From NCBI GenBank assembly GCA_963717525.1, contig OY970343.1, positions 704,001 through 768,000 of the forward strand: a stretch of 64,000 nt of DNA, given 5' to 3'. Positions 43,211 through 52,672 of the stretch are shown one piece after another. The DNA is from an uncultured Methanoregulaceae archaeon. GTDB taxonomy: Archaea > Halobacteriota > Methanomicrobia > Methanomicrobiales > Methanospirillaceae. Position 1 is the first letter of the stretch. The number at the start of each line of letters is the position of its first letter. A program made the translations under genes and the position numbers. The notes under the pieces were generated by a model. It worked only from the letters and a program-made list of their open reading frames with translations. It ran no database searches and was not told the origin of the DNA.

Positions 43211-43816
43211 TCAGGCCTGGGCAGCCGGAAAGACGGTGATATAATCGATCTTCGTTATCGTATTGGTTCCGTCGGCATTTGCGGTGGTGAGGTTCACCGT
43301 GAAGTTTCCCGCAGATGCGTATGTCTTTTCCGGGTTCTTTACCAATGAAAACGTGCCGTCGCCGAAACTCCAGTTCCACGAAGTCGGGGTGTTTGCGCTG
43401 GTGTCGTTGAACGATACGGCGAGCGGGGCGGTGCCGGAACTAATGTTTGAAGAGAAACCGGCGAACGGTACCATGGCTGAAAGCAGGATTGTCCATGTCA
43501 TGCCCCAGAACGCAAAGGTCATGAATCCCTGGTAGAGCCAGTCTTTTGCTCCCAGTTTTGAGGAATCGATCTGCATGAGGATGAAGATATGCCGCTGGAG
43601 CACCACACCGGCAAGCATCAGCATGAAGGCAAGAAGCCCGATATCGGTTTTTACGGTGACCTGCAGGTAATAGGAGAGTATCCCGGCAAGAATACCGGCG
43701 ATGCAGGCGACCAGCGTCTTTTTGATCCTGACTATGTGTTCCGCCTGCTTCTCCATTTTTGTCTTCTTTTTTTTGGGAAGGAGGGTTTGGTCTTCTACAT
43801 GCACGTCTTCGGTCAT
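43211..43816 (-). CDS. Archaeal EMC6-like three-TM protein fused to a C-terminal PKD domain
   Basis: Three TMs ending KDWLYQGFMTFAFWGMTWTILL, then PKD motifs GTAPLAVSFNDTS, SWNWSFGDG and YASAGNFTVNLT. Confidence 0.72.
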   Translation of the reverse strand: MTEDVHVEDQTLLPKKKKTKMEKQAEHIVRIKKTLVACIAGILAGILSYYLQVTVKTDIGLLAFMLMLAGVVLQRHIFILMQIDSSKLGAKDWLYQGFMTFAFWGMTWTILLSAMVPFAGFSSNISSGTAPLAVSFNDTSANTPTSWNWSFGDGTFSLVKNPEKTYASAGNFTVNLTTANADGTNTITKIDYITVFPAAQA

Positions 43817-43877
43817 TCTGACTCACCCAGTAGTCTTATTTTTTAGTGCGCAAGCCATATGTACCTTGGTATAATCC

Positions 43878-45784
43878 ATGGCGACAGCACAGGGTATGAG
43901 CGGGATCGATGTACGGGCGGTGATGTACGAACTCTGTGACAAGCTGCCGCTCTGGATCGACAAGGTCTATCAGTTCGATTCCCGCACTCTGGCAATCCGC
44001 TTAAACGGGGAGGAGCACGCGAAATACCAGTTCCTCGTGGAAGCCGGGCGGCGGGCGCACCTGGTGAAAAATTCCCCGGTCCCTCCCAAAAACCCCCCGC
44101 AGTTTGCAATGTTCCTGCGGAAATACATCTCCGGCGGAAAAGTGCTTGCGATCCGGCAGCATGGGCTGGAACGGATCCTTATTTTCGATATCGGGAAAGG
44201 TACGCTTACCTACCGGCTCATCATCGAACTCTTCGATGAGGGAAATGTAATCCTGACGGACGAATCGTACCGGATCATAAAACCCCTCCGCCACCACCGT
44301 TTCAGGGACCGGGATATCGTTCCCGATGCCATGTATACAATAAGCAGCACCGATCCGACCGGATCGCAGGAGAACCTTGCGGCGACGCTCGCCGGTGATG
44401 ACCGGGATCTGGTGCGAGCCCTTGCTATTGCGGGTATGCTCGGGGGGACGTATGCAGAGTATGTGTGCCGGACTGCCGGTGCCGATAAAACCGTGCCGGC
44501 ATCGAAAGCAGATCCCGGGCTGCTGTTTGCTGCCGCCACTTCGCTTTTCGACCGGGTACAGCACCACGTGCACCCAATCATTTCAGCCGTGAGCTGCGAA
44601 CCGGTCGGTACTTGCGGTGGGATCAGAAAGCTACCTGGCTGACAATAACCGGTTTTCCGGTTTTTCCGAGGCGCTTGAGGCATTCTACCCGATGACCAAG
44701 GCAGAAAAAGCCAGGGTAGCGTCAAAGCCCCGGCTTTCCGAGGAGGAACGGATTCATAAATACCAGGAGACAGCAATAAAAAAATTCGATGAGAAGATCG
44801 CAAAGGCCGAAGAGGTTGTTGCCGCAATCTACGAAAATTACCCGTTCATCGCGCAGGTCATCTCATCGCTTGATGCCGCAAGCAAGCGCCTTTCATGGCA
44901 GGAGATCGAGCACCACCTCCGTAATACAACAACAACCGATGCAAAACGGATCGTGGCCCTCCATCCCGATGAAGCGGCTGTTGAGATCGATATCGGGAAA
45001 AAGGTGAAGATCTTTGTCCACGAGAGTGTCGAGCAGAACGCGGGCCGGTACTATGATCTCATAAAAAAATTCAAAAAGAAGAAAGAGGGCGCACTTCTTG
45101 CAATGAAGACGGTCAGGCCGAAAAAGAAGGTGATCCGGCGTGATCTCGTCCCGATGAAGAAGCTCTGGTACCACAGGTTCCGGTGGTTTGTAACGAGCGA
45201 TGGTGTTGTCGTGCTGGGGGGACGGGACGCATCGCAGAACGAGGAACTGGTCAAGAAGTACATGACAGGGGGAGATCTCTTTATCCACGCGGATGTACAT
45301 GGCGCGAGCGTTGTGATTGTCAAGGGTAAAACGGAGAGAATGGACGAGGTGGCGCAGTTTGCCGCATCGTACTCGGGCGCATGGCGGAGCGGGCATTTTT
45401 CCGCAGATGTGTACAGCGCACAGCCAAACCAGGTCAGCAAGACACCGCAGTCCGGTGAATTCGTATCCCGTGGATCATTCATCGTCCGGGGTGAACGTAC
45501 CTATTACCGCGATGTTCCCCTTGCGACAGGGATAGGTCTCGTTCTGGAACCCCATGCAGCGGTGATTGGGGGGCCGCCTGCCGTAATCCGGTCGCGAACA
45601 AAGGTCTTTGCCGAGCTGAAAGCCCGGCCAGTTCGAGCCAAACGATGTGGCAAAGAAAGTGCTGCGTCTCCTGCGGCAGGAAATCAATCCTGATGAGGAA
45701 CGTCTTCTCAAAGGGGTCTTAAATACTGAGGCGGTCGCGGCCTTTGTCCCGCCGGGTGGTTCTGATATCGTGGGAACATCATGA
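43878..45784 (+). CDS. rqcH: Rqc2/RqcH (NFACT/NEMF homologue), frameshifts near 44620 and 45625
   Basis: MSGIDV, FAMFLRKYI, ERIL, IIELF..GNVIL, WYHRFRWF, GGRDASQNE, HADVHGAS and GSFIVRG. Stop codon overlaps the pelota ATG (ATGA). Confidence 0.9.
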
Positions 45785-46806
45785 AAGCGGAATACGGCGA
45801 GCTCAAAGATAACTCGGGCGAAATCCGGCTCCTTCCGGAGAGTATCGATGACCTCTGGCACCTCCAGCACCTGGTAGCTCCCGGGGATCTGGTATTTGCC
45901 ACCACGTTCCGGAGCGTAGAGTCCGCAACCGATAAGATCCGTCCTGAAAAAGTGGAAAAACGACCGGTCAGGCTCGGGATCCGGGTGGAGAAAGTGGAGT
46001 TTTCCGAACATGGGGTGCGGCTTAGGATCACCGGCACCATCGAGCACGGGATCGACACCGGTGCGTACCACACGATCAATGTCGAGACCGGCTACGAGAT
46101 CTCGGTGATCCGGCGGTGGAGGCCGATCGATCTCGAACGGATCGAGCGGGCGGTAAAATCCTCGGTTTTTGGCGTGATCCATATCCTGACCCTTGAAGAG
46201 GGGGAGGCGGAACTCTTCCGGCTCCGGCAGTACGGCCCCGAGAGCGTGATCACGATCACCGCAGGGAGCGGGAAAGGCGGGGAGACGGAGACAAGGACCG
46301 GCTTTTTTGATACTGTCGCAAAAAGTATCGCTGAGATCTCCGGGCCGCTTGTCATCTCCGGGCCGGGTTTTATCAAGGACGATTTTGTCAGGTACGCGAA
46401 AAACAAGAACAGTTCTCCTGTCTGGCGTGCGATCGTGGTCGAGACCCGGAGGATCGGACGAGGTGCAGTGCAGGATGTGATTGGTGCAGGAACGCTTGAG
46501 AAACTGATCGGCGATCTCCAGCTCTCGCGTGAGGTCAGACTGATGGACGAGGTGCTCCTGCGCATCGCGCAGGACGGGGCGGTGGCCTACGGGAAAAAAC
46601 AGGTGGAGACCGCGATCGGGTACGGCGCCGTTGACGAAGTACTACTGGCAGATTCCCTGCTCAGGGACCAGACGATCGTGCCCCTGATTGAGAGCGCGGA
46701 AAGGATGCAGGCCACCGTTGTCGTGCTCTCCACGGAGTTCGAACCCGGTGAGCGGCTGGAAGCCCTCGGGGGCATCGCGGCTCTGCTGAGATATAAGATG
46801 GGCTGA
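45781..46806 (+). CDS. pelA: Pelota/Dom34 ribosome rescue factor
   Basis: PESIDDLWHL, LRITGTI, GAYHTINV, GPGF and LGGIAALLRY. Confidence 0.95.
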   Translation: MKAEYGELKDNSGEIRLLPESIDDLWHLQHLVAPGDLVFATTFRSVESATDKIRPEKVEKRPVRLGIRVEKVEFSEHGVRLRITGTIEHGIDTGAYHTINVETGYEISVIRRWRPIDLERIERAVKSSVFGVIHILTLEEGEAELFRLRQYGPESVITITAGSGKGGETETRTGFFDTVAKSIAEISGPLVISGPGFIKDDFVRYAKNKNSSPVWRAIVVETRRIGRGAVQDVIGAGTLEKLIGDLQLSREVRLMDEVLLRIAQDGAVAYGKKQVETAIGYGAVDEVLLADSLLRDQTIVPLIESAERMQATVVVLSTEFEPGERLEALGGIAALLRYKMG

Positions 46807-46838
46807 TTGAGCGAGAAAAAAAGATTCAGGATGATCGA

Positions 46839-47516
46839 TTATTCTTCCTTCTTTTCCGGTTTCTTGTAGGTTTCGACAAGAGTGATCTCGGAGATTCCTT
46901 TCACCGTTTCGAAACCCTCGTGGATGATCCGGCCACGCCAGAGGAGCCAGCGCCGGTCATAGTTGATGCCGGGCGGGAGGGTGATGGTCGCCTTCCCGTC
47001 ATCAAGGGCAACCTCCATGTCTTTGCCGGCATAGAGCCGGATGATCCCCTGGATCTGTTCCAGCGATTCGGATACGGCCTCTTCAATCTTGTAGTGGTAG
47101 GTCAGTGTCTGCCCGGCAAGCGGAGCATTGAAATCGACAAGGACCCGGGAGCCGATGACATCAACGACCACGCCTTCGCCTTGGTCCTCGACACTGATGC
47201 GCATCCCGCGGACCGGCTTGTCCTTGAACTTACTCTTCGGGAAAGACTGGACCTTTTTCGGGTCTCGTTCGCCAAAGGCCTTCTCCGGCGAGATGGTGAC
47301 ATCGGACTCGGTGCCGACTTTCTTTCCGATCAGCTCTTCGTCAAGGCCGGTAATGACATGCTTCTGGCCGACGCAGATAGTGATCGGACCGTAGATCGCA
47401 TCCGCACTGTGGATGTCTGCCGTCTTTGCTGCAGCCTCATCGGTAGTATCGAAAACAATACCGTTTGCGCTGCCTGTATAACTGAGCTTAACAAAATCTC
47501 CTTCTTTTATCGCCAT
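46839..47516 (-). CDS. slyD: FKBP-type peptidyl-prolyl isomerase (long archaeal SlyD type)
   Basis: FDTT, GLDEEL, PEKAFGERDP and VDFNAPLAG. Confidence 0.92.
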   Translation of the reverse strand: MAIKEGDFVKLSYTGSANGIVFDTTDEAAAKTADIHSADAIYGPITICVGQKHVITGLDEELIGKKVGTESDVTISPEKAFGERDPKKVQSFPKSKFKDKPVRGMRISVEDQGEGVVVDVIGSRVLVDFNAPLAGQTLTYHYKIEEAVSESLEQIQGIIRLYAGKDMEVALDDGKATITLPPGINYDRRWLLWRGRIIHEGFETVKGISEITLVETYKKPEKKEE

Positions 47517-47572
47517 AACATCACCTGACTATATTAAATCGCAACAATGACAGATAAAAGTGTGGCACGACC

Positions 47573-48100
47573 ATGCTCGAAATAGAACTCAAGGTACGGG
47601 TAGATTCCCTCGATCTCATCCGGCAGAACCTCCTCGCCCGGCATGCGAAGTTTCTGGGAAAACAGCATGAGCATGACATCTATTACAACGCCCCACACCG
47701 CGATTTCGGCTCGACCGACGAGGCCCTCAGGGTCCGGTATACCGATGGCCCGGCACTTGTCACCTACAAGGGAAAGAAGATCCCCGAACTGGGCTTGAAG
47801 GCCCGCGAAGAGCTCAATACGGCAATGGAATCCGGGGAGGTCTTCGAGGCAATTCTCGACCGGCTCGGGTTTACAAAAACCGCCGAGGTCAACAAGTGGC
47901 GGGAGAATTACCGGCTGGAGAATGCATCTTTTGCGCTGGATACGGTTGAAGGTCTCGGGACTTTTGCCGAGATCGAGATCATGGCAGAAAAGAACGGTGA
48001 AGACGCCACTGCAAAAATTATGAAACTTGCAAAAGAGATGGGAATTTCCGGCGAGCCAATCCTCGCCTCGTATCTCGAACTGCTTCTTGCTACACACTGA
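47573..48100 (+). CDS. cyaB: CYTH domain protein (class IV adenylate cyclase/CyaB-like)
   Basis: EIELK, DIYY, EALRVR, TYKG, KWRE, GLGTFAEIE and SYLELL. Confidence 0.9.
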   Translation: MLEIELKVRVDSLDLIRQNLLARHAKFLGKQHEHDIYYNAPHRDFGSTDEALRVRYTDGPALVTYKGKKIPELGLKAREELNTAMESGEVFEAILDRLGFTKTAEVNKWRENYRLENASFALDTVEGLGTFAEIEIMAEKNGEDATAKIMKLAKEMGISGEPILASYLELLLATH

Positions 48101-48731
48101 GCAGTTCGATCTTGATATCTTTTGCCTCGTTCCCGAAGTGGAGCATGGCGCAGTAACCGTCCATCGCGGCACCCGGGTTCACGATCTTTACGCCGTCGAC
48201 TTCTTTGACACCACGTTGCTCGTGGATGTGGGCACAGCAGACAAGGTCAAAGTTTTTCATGTGGCGGCGGACGCTCTGGCTGCCTACATGCTCGCCGTCG
48301 ACCGCATCGAGGGTTTCAAACGGCGGGGGATGGGAGATGAGAACGTTGTGGACGGTCTTTTCCATCTTTGCCATTCCCCGGTGGAGCAGGTCATCGATCT
48401 GCTTGTCGGTCAGCTCGAACGGCGTATTAAACGGCGTCGGGTTGGAACCGCCAAGGCCCACGATGGTCATGGAACCCAGGTTGATCTGGGCGCCATGCAG
48501 GCAGACTGCGTCCGAATGTTCAAGCGTATCGAGGATCTCTTTGGGGTCACAGTTGCCCGGTACCGCAAAACAGGGTACATCAATGCGGGAAAGCACGTCA
48601 TCAATTGTGTCCACCGGACCCATATTGGTGATATCGCCGGCGATAAATACAGCTTCCGGATTCAATTCCAGAAATGAATCAATTTTACCGAATTGACCAT
48701 GGAGATCTGCTATCAAAAGCACATCTTTCAT
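48090..48731 (-). CDS. Calcineurin-like metallophosphoesterase
   Basis: DLHG, AGDIT, PGNCD, HPPP and HIHE. Confidence 0.92.
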   Translation of the reverse strand: MKDVLLIADLHGQFGKIDSFLELNPEAVFIAGDITNMGPVDTIDDVLSRIDVPCFAVPGNCDPKEILDTLEHSDAVCLHGAQINLGSMTIVGLGGSNPTPFNTPFELTDKQIDDLLHRGMAKMEKTVHNVLISHPPPFETLDAVDGEHVGSQSVRRHMKNFDLVCCAHIHEQRGVKEVDGVKIVNPGAAMDGYCAMLHFGNEAKDIKIELLSV

Positions 48732-48737
48732 GGTATA

Positions 48738-49847
48738 TCATTGCAGACGCCGTCTAAAAAACCTTATCTCAGAGTCGTTCCACGAGCCGGTCAGTTTACC
48801 GCCGAGAGCGAGATCCCCGCAGGCTTTTTCTGTCCCGGGGAGGAGCGGACGCGCACGGGTTTTTGCAAGAGGAGTACCGGGAAGCGGGATAAACTGGTGG
48901 ACGTGGATCTTCCCGATTCGCGAGAGTTCCTGGATCGCGGCAACGGTTGCCTCCTGGTCTTCATCGGTCTCAAACGGAAACCCGACAATAAAATCGATCA
49001 CCGGGGTGATCCCGGCACCGGAACAGAGTTCTGCGGCCCGGATCGCCTCTGCTGCCGTGTGCCCCCGGTGGAGCCGGGCGAGAACAGCATTGCTTCCTGA
49101 TTGGGCGCCGAAGTGCAGTTTTGTGTTGGTGCAGTAACCGGAGATGAGTGCAAGAGACTCTTCACAGATGAACTCGGGCCTGACCTCGCTCGGGAATGTC
49201 CCGAAGAAGATCTCGTGGGTAAGTTTGCGCAGGAGATGTTCGATCTTGTCGAAGCGGGGATGGATCCCGTCGGAACCGTAGGCGAACGCATTGGGGCTGA
49301 TAAACCTTGCCTGACCATGCCGGTTGGCATACTTTGCGATCTCATCAATTGACCGGTGCCGCATGCAGTGTCCGAAGATCTGCGGGGTCTGGCAGTACCC
49401 GCAGGCAAAAGGACAGCCGCGGGAGATCTCCACGTATCCTTTCACATCGGAAAATGCCGGATATGCATCGAGCCGGACGCTGCTCTTTACCGGCTCGTAC
49501 CCGTCACGGGTCGCAACGCCGGGGATATGCCCGCTTCTCCCGGCTTCGAGATCGGCGAGCAGGGAAGGGAGGGTGTATTCACCCTCCCCCACGATCACGT
49601 AATCTGCGTACGCGGCCACTTCGCGCCAGCAGGCTGTTGCGTGCGGCCCTCCTGTAACAGTGATACAGTCAGCCGCTGCAATCTCGTCGCGGTACCTCCG
49701 TTCGTTTATCGAATTCAGCGAGTAGCAGGTGATGTCGGCCTCTGGTTGTGTCACCGGGAGAAGGTTCCAGCCAGTCGATCCACATGCCGCCCCAAGGACG
49801 GCATATGAATTCCGTGCAGCGGGGATCTCCCGCCAATTCACCTGCAT
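48738..49847 (-). CDS. B12-binding domain radical SAM protein (TIGR04013-like)
   Basis: GGPHAT, GEGE, RGCPFACGYCQTP and FPSEVRPE. Confidence 0.88.
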   Translation of the reverse strand: MQVNWREIPAARNSYAVLGAACGSTGWNLLPVTQPEADITCYSLNSINERRYRDEIAAADCITVTGGPHATACWREVAAYADYVIVGEGEYTLPSLLADLEAGRSGHIPGVATRDGYEPVKSSVRLDAYPAFSDVKGYVEISRGCPFACGYCQTPQIFGHCMRHRSIDEIAKYANRHGQARFISPNAFAYGSDGIHPRFDKIEHLLRKLTHEIFFGTFPSEVRPEFICEESLALISGYCTNTKLHFGAQSGSNAVLARLHRGHTAAEAIRAAELCSGAGITPVIDFIVGFPFETDEDQEATVAAIQELSRIGKIHVHQFIPLPGTPLAKTRARPLLPGTEKACGDLALGGKLTGSWNDSEIRFFRRRLQ

Positions 49848-49921
49848 GTCACAAACCGGTCTGATACCTGAAAAACGTTGGAGAATTTATTTATGACTTC
49901 TCTCCAGTTTTATGTGAATTT

Positions 49922-50389
49922 TCAGGTCAAAAGCTCATCAACAACGTTGTAGGTCTGGCCGTTATTCATGGAGACTGCAACCTGTACCCGATCCGCTGCA
50001 CCGGTCAGGGTTCCTGGTGTTCGCGGCGTCCCGGCCATTGAAACTTGGTCGCCTTGATCTAACCCCAACGTTTTAGTCTGGGTAGATCCATCAGCCCGTG
50101 TCACGGTGACAGTAACTCCATTGACATTATTCTGCCCGGGGCCCCCGTTAAAGGTCACTAAAATGGCGCCTTGGTCTGTCTTTTGCCCGACACTGACTGA
50201 GATTGCGATATCTGCGGGCATCACATCGGTTGGGCTCGTAGTAAGGGTGGAGGCGGGAGATGCCGCTCCGCTCGTGGTGATGCTACTTGAAGGGCTGCCT
50301 GAAGACGTGGTCTGCGAACTGGTGCACCCAGCGATAGCGACTGCACAACAGACTAGGACAATCAGTACAAGGATCGTGCTGGCTTTCAT
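49922..50389 (-). CDS. Putative lipoprotein
   Basis: Signal peptide with IAGC lipobox, Ser/Thr linker and a small beta domain. Confidence 0.72.
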   Translation of the reverse strand: MKASTILVLIVLVCCAVAIAGCTSSQTTSSGSPSSSITTSGAASPASTLTTSPTDVMPADIAISVSVGQKTDQGAILVTFNGGPGQNNVNGVTVTVTRADGSTQTKTLGLDQGDQVSMAGTPRTPGTLTGAADRVQVAVSMNNGQTYNVVDELLT

Positions 50390-50486
50390 ACCAGATGATG
50401 ATTGGCGGGATTATTTGTTAATTGCGATCTTTATCCTGGCTTCCCTTTCCCTGGGACTGGACTGCACCCTTGCAGGTGCCGGGGCG

Positions 50487-51324
50487 TTATCCGCTAATCT
50501 TCCGGAGTGCATCGGCTGCAGCCTGCACGACCCCTCTGTCGGCATGGTGGAGCAAGTTCATCAGTGGTGTTGCCGCTCTCCTGTCCCCGATCTCGCCCAG
50601 GGACCAGATCGCGGCATCACGGACCACCGGTGTCCCGTCGAGCAGGGGGAGGAGGGTTCCGACGGCGTCGTGGGCCTGTAGTGTACCGAGAACCAGGATG
50701 ATACGCCATGTGAGCCCGTCTGGTGCACCGTGCAGGGTGTCGATGAGAAGCGGGGTTGCCCTGGTTTTTGGATCAGAAAGGAGATCGAATGCCGCACTTC
50801 GGTACTGCCCGGTCATCGTTGTCAAGGGCACTGATGAGGAGCCGGAGGTTGCCGGTATCCGGGGCTCCTGCAAGGTTTGCAATAATCCCAAGCCGGACAG
50901 AGCGCGGTGCATGGCCAAGGTTCTCTCTCCACTGATCGCGAAGCTCAGGGTTCGTTTCCTGCTCTGCCGGTACCGGTTCAGCATCCACCTCCGGCTTTGC
51001 CAGTGACGGGGCCGGGTCGGCACGACCGAGAGCTTCTGCCCAGCTGGTGACTGTCCACCGTGCCACTTCGCCGGAAAATCCCAACTCGTCCTCCAGCCTT
51101 TTCACCAGAAAAGCCTCGGTCAGCGCGAGGGGGAGTGTGTGGCGGGGGGTGAGGAGATCGTCGGTCACGTGCTGGCGCACAGCATGGACAAGGACGAAGA
51201 TCTCGCGGGTGCACTCCGGGCAGGTATCGCGCAGCAGCCCCTCGCACCGGTTGGCGTCATGGGCAATCGAGACCCCGTTCAGGGCGATGAGGCGGGCAAG
51301 CATGGTCCGGGCGGTGTCGTTCAT
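50487..51324 (-). CDS. Helical N-terminal domain plus HEAT/PBS-lyase repeats, one frameshift near 50800
   Basis: Removing one C joins LDNDDRAV to RSAAFDLL. Repeats VRDAAIWSLGEIGD and VVQAAADALRKI. Start overlaps the kinase stop by 4 bp. Confidence 0.78.
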
Positions 51325-52670
51325 GGCTGCTCCCGAAACGGCGACATAATGATACAGGTTACGCCGTCAATGGTTATGGAGGTTTTCGGGTTGAGGGGCA
51401 CGGCCCGGCCCGGGGGTACGGCCGTGGTCGTCCCGTCGGGAAACGTCACCTGCCACGTGCTGCCGGACAGATTCCTTATCCCGGCAGCGCCCGGGATGGA
51501 AGGGTGGGGGACGACACGGCCGATCTCCGACGTCCCGTCATCCGGGCCGGCGCCTGGCGTTATATGAAGCGACCGGAGGGAAACACCTGGGGTAAGCGCA
51601 AGGGAGGAGTTCCCTCCCGGGCGGCGGATCTCCAGGAATGGCGGCGGGGGAATCGGGCTCTTGCAGTGCCAGCAGGAGAAATACGACTGTCTTTCCGCTG
51701 TTACATTCTCCGCACGGCAGCGCGGGCAGGGTACCAGCCGGTCCCTGAGAGAGAGAAAGAGGTTCTGCCATTCCCCTTCGGTGACCCTCCGGTTCGGGTT
51801 CTCGAGGCCTTCGGTAAAGGCCCGGGTAAACATCGCTTTGAGTGCGGGGGGGCAGAGCTCCCATCGGTTACGGGCGATTGCATAGTCCGGGTCTCGGGGC
51901 AACCGGTTTGCCGGGTTATCCGGATCGAATACAAAGACCGGGGAGATCCCGTAGACTTGTTTTTTGGCCGGAATGTCCCAGCAGTGGTACCGGTACTCCA
52001 TCTCCCCATGGAAGGGGTGGTGCCAGACCCAGAGGTAGAAGAGCAGGACCGCCAAAGCGTGGAGATCAGTCTCAGTCGAGGGGTCACTTTCCTCGCGGAT
52101 CAGCTCCGGGGGCATGTATTCGAGCGTTCCCCAGACCTGGCAGTGGGACTGGCGGTTGACGCCGACATTGTCGTTGTCGCAGATCAGGACATCACCGGTT
52201 TTCGGATCAAACATCAGGTTTCCTGCCGAGATATCCCGGTAGCAGTGGCCCGAGAGGTGGAGGGCACGGTAACTGTTTGCGAGCTGGTACGAGACCTCGC
52301 AGAGCGCGGCGATCCCCGGGACCGGTTTTAAATGCGCCCAGACCTCGCCAAGCTCGGCAAACCGCTGCGTATCGATCCGGGTCATCAGGTACCCGAACTG
52401 TTTCGATCCTTCAGCGGTGACGAGATCGAGAGGCCAGATAAACCGTTTTCCCGCCGCACCGTACGGCGGGCCGGTCCGGACAAGGTAGGCGATGGCATCC
52501 CGCTGGTCCGGGGTTGCCTGCTCGGGCTTGTACCACTTCACGGTCTGGTATCCCTGCGGCCCGTCCACAAGGTAGACTTCGCCCTGTGTGCCCTCGCCGA
52601 TCTTTTTTATCACGTGCAGGGTGATCTGGAGCTGCTTCGCATGGAGGCGCTGGCCAATCGGGAGCGGCAT
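51321..52670 (-). CDS. Ser/Thr protein kinase of the TerY-P type with Zn ribbon and FHA-like C-terminal region
   Basis: IGEGTQGEVY, VKWY, YRDISAGN, ICDNDN, GTLEYMPPE and HHPFHG, followed by CPRC...CWHC. Confidence 0.88.
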   Translation of the reverse strand: MPLPIGQRLHAKQLQITLHVIKKIGEGTQGEVYLVDGPQGYQTVKWYKPEQATPDQRDAIAYLVRTGPPYGAAGKRFIWPLDLVTAEGSKQFGYLMTRIDTQRFAELGEVWAHLKPVPGIAALCEVSYQLANSYRALHLSGHCYRDISAGNLMFDPKTGDVLICDNDNVGVNRQSHCQVWGTLEYMPPELIREESDPSTETDLHALAVLLFYLWVWHHPFHGEMEYRYHCWDIPAKKQVYGISPVFVFDPDNPANRLPRDPDYAIARNRWELCPPALKAMFTRAFTEGLENPNRRVTEGEWQNLFLSLRDRLVPCPRCRAENVTAERQSYFSCWHCKSPIPPPPFLEIRRPGGNSSLALTPGVSLRSLHITPGAGPDDGTSEIGRVVPHPSIPGAAGIRNLSGSTWQVTFPDGTTTAVPPGRAVPLNPKTSITIDGVTCIIMSPFREQP

Positions 52671-52672
52671 GC

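Noticed and set aside
41417..45784. Programmed frameshifting or pseudogenisation of ABCE1 and rqcH
   Set aside because: There are too many breaks across unrelated genes and no consistent slippery motif, so sequencing error is the simpler explanation.
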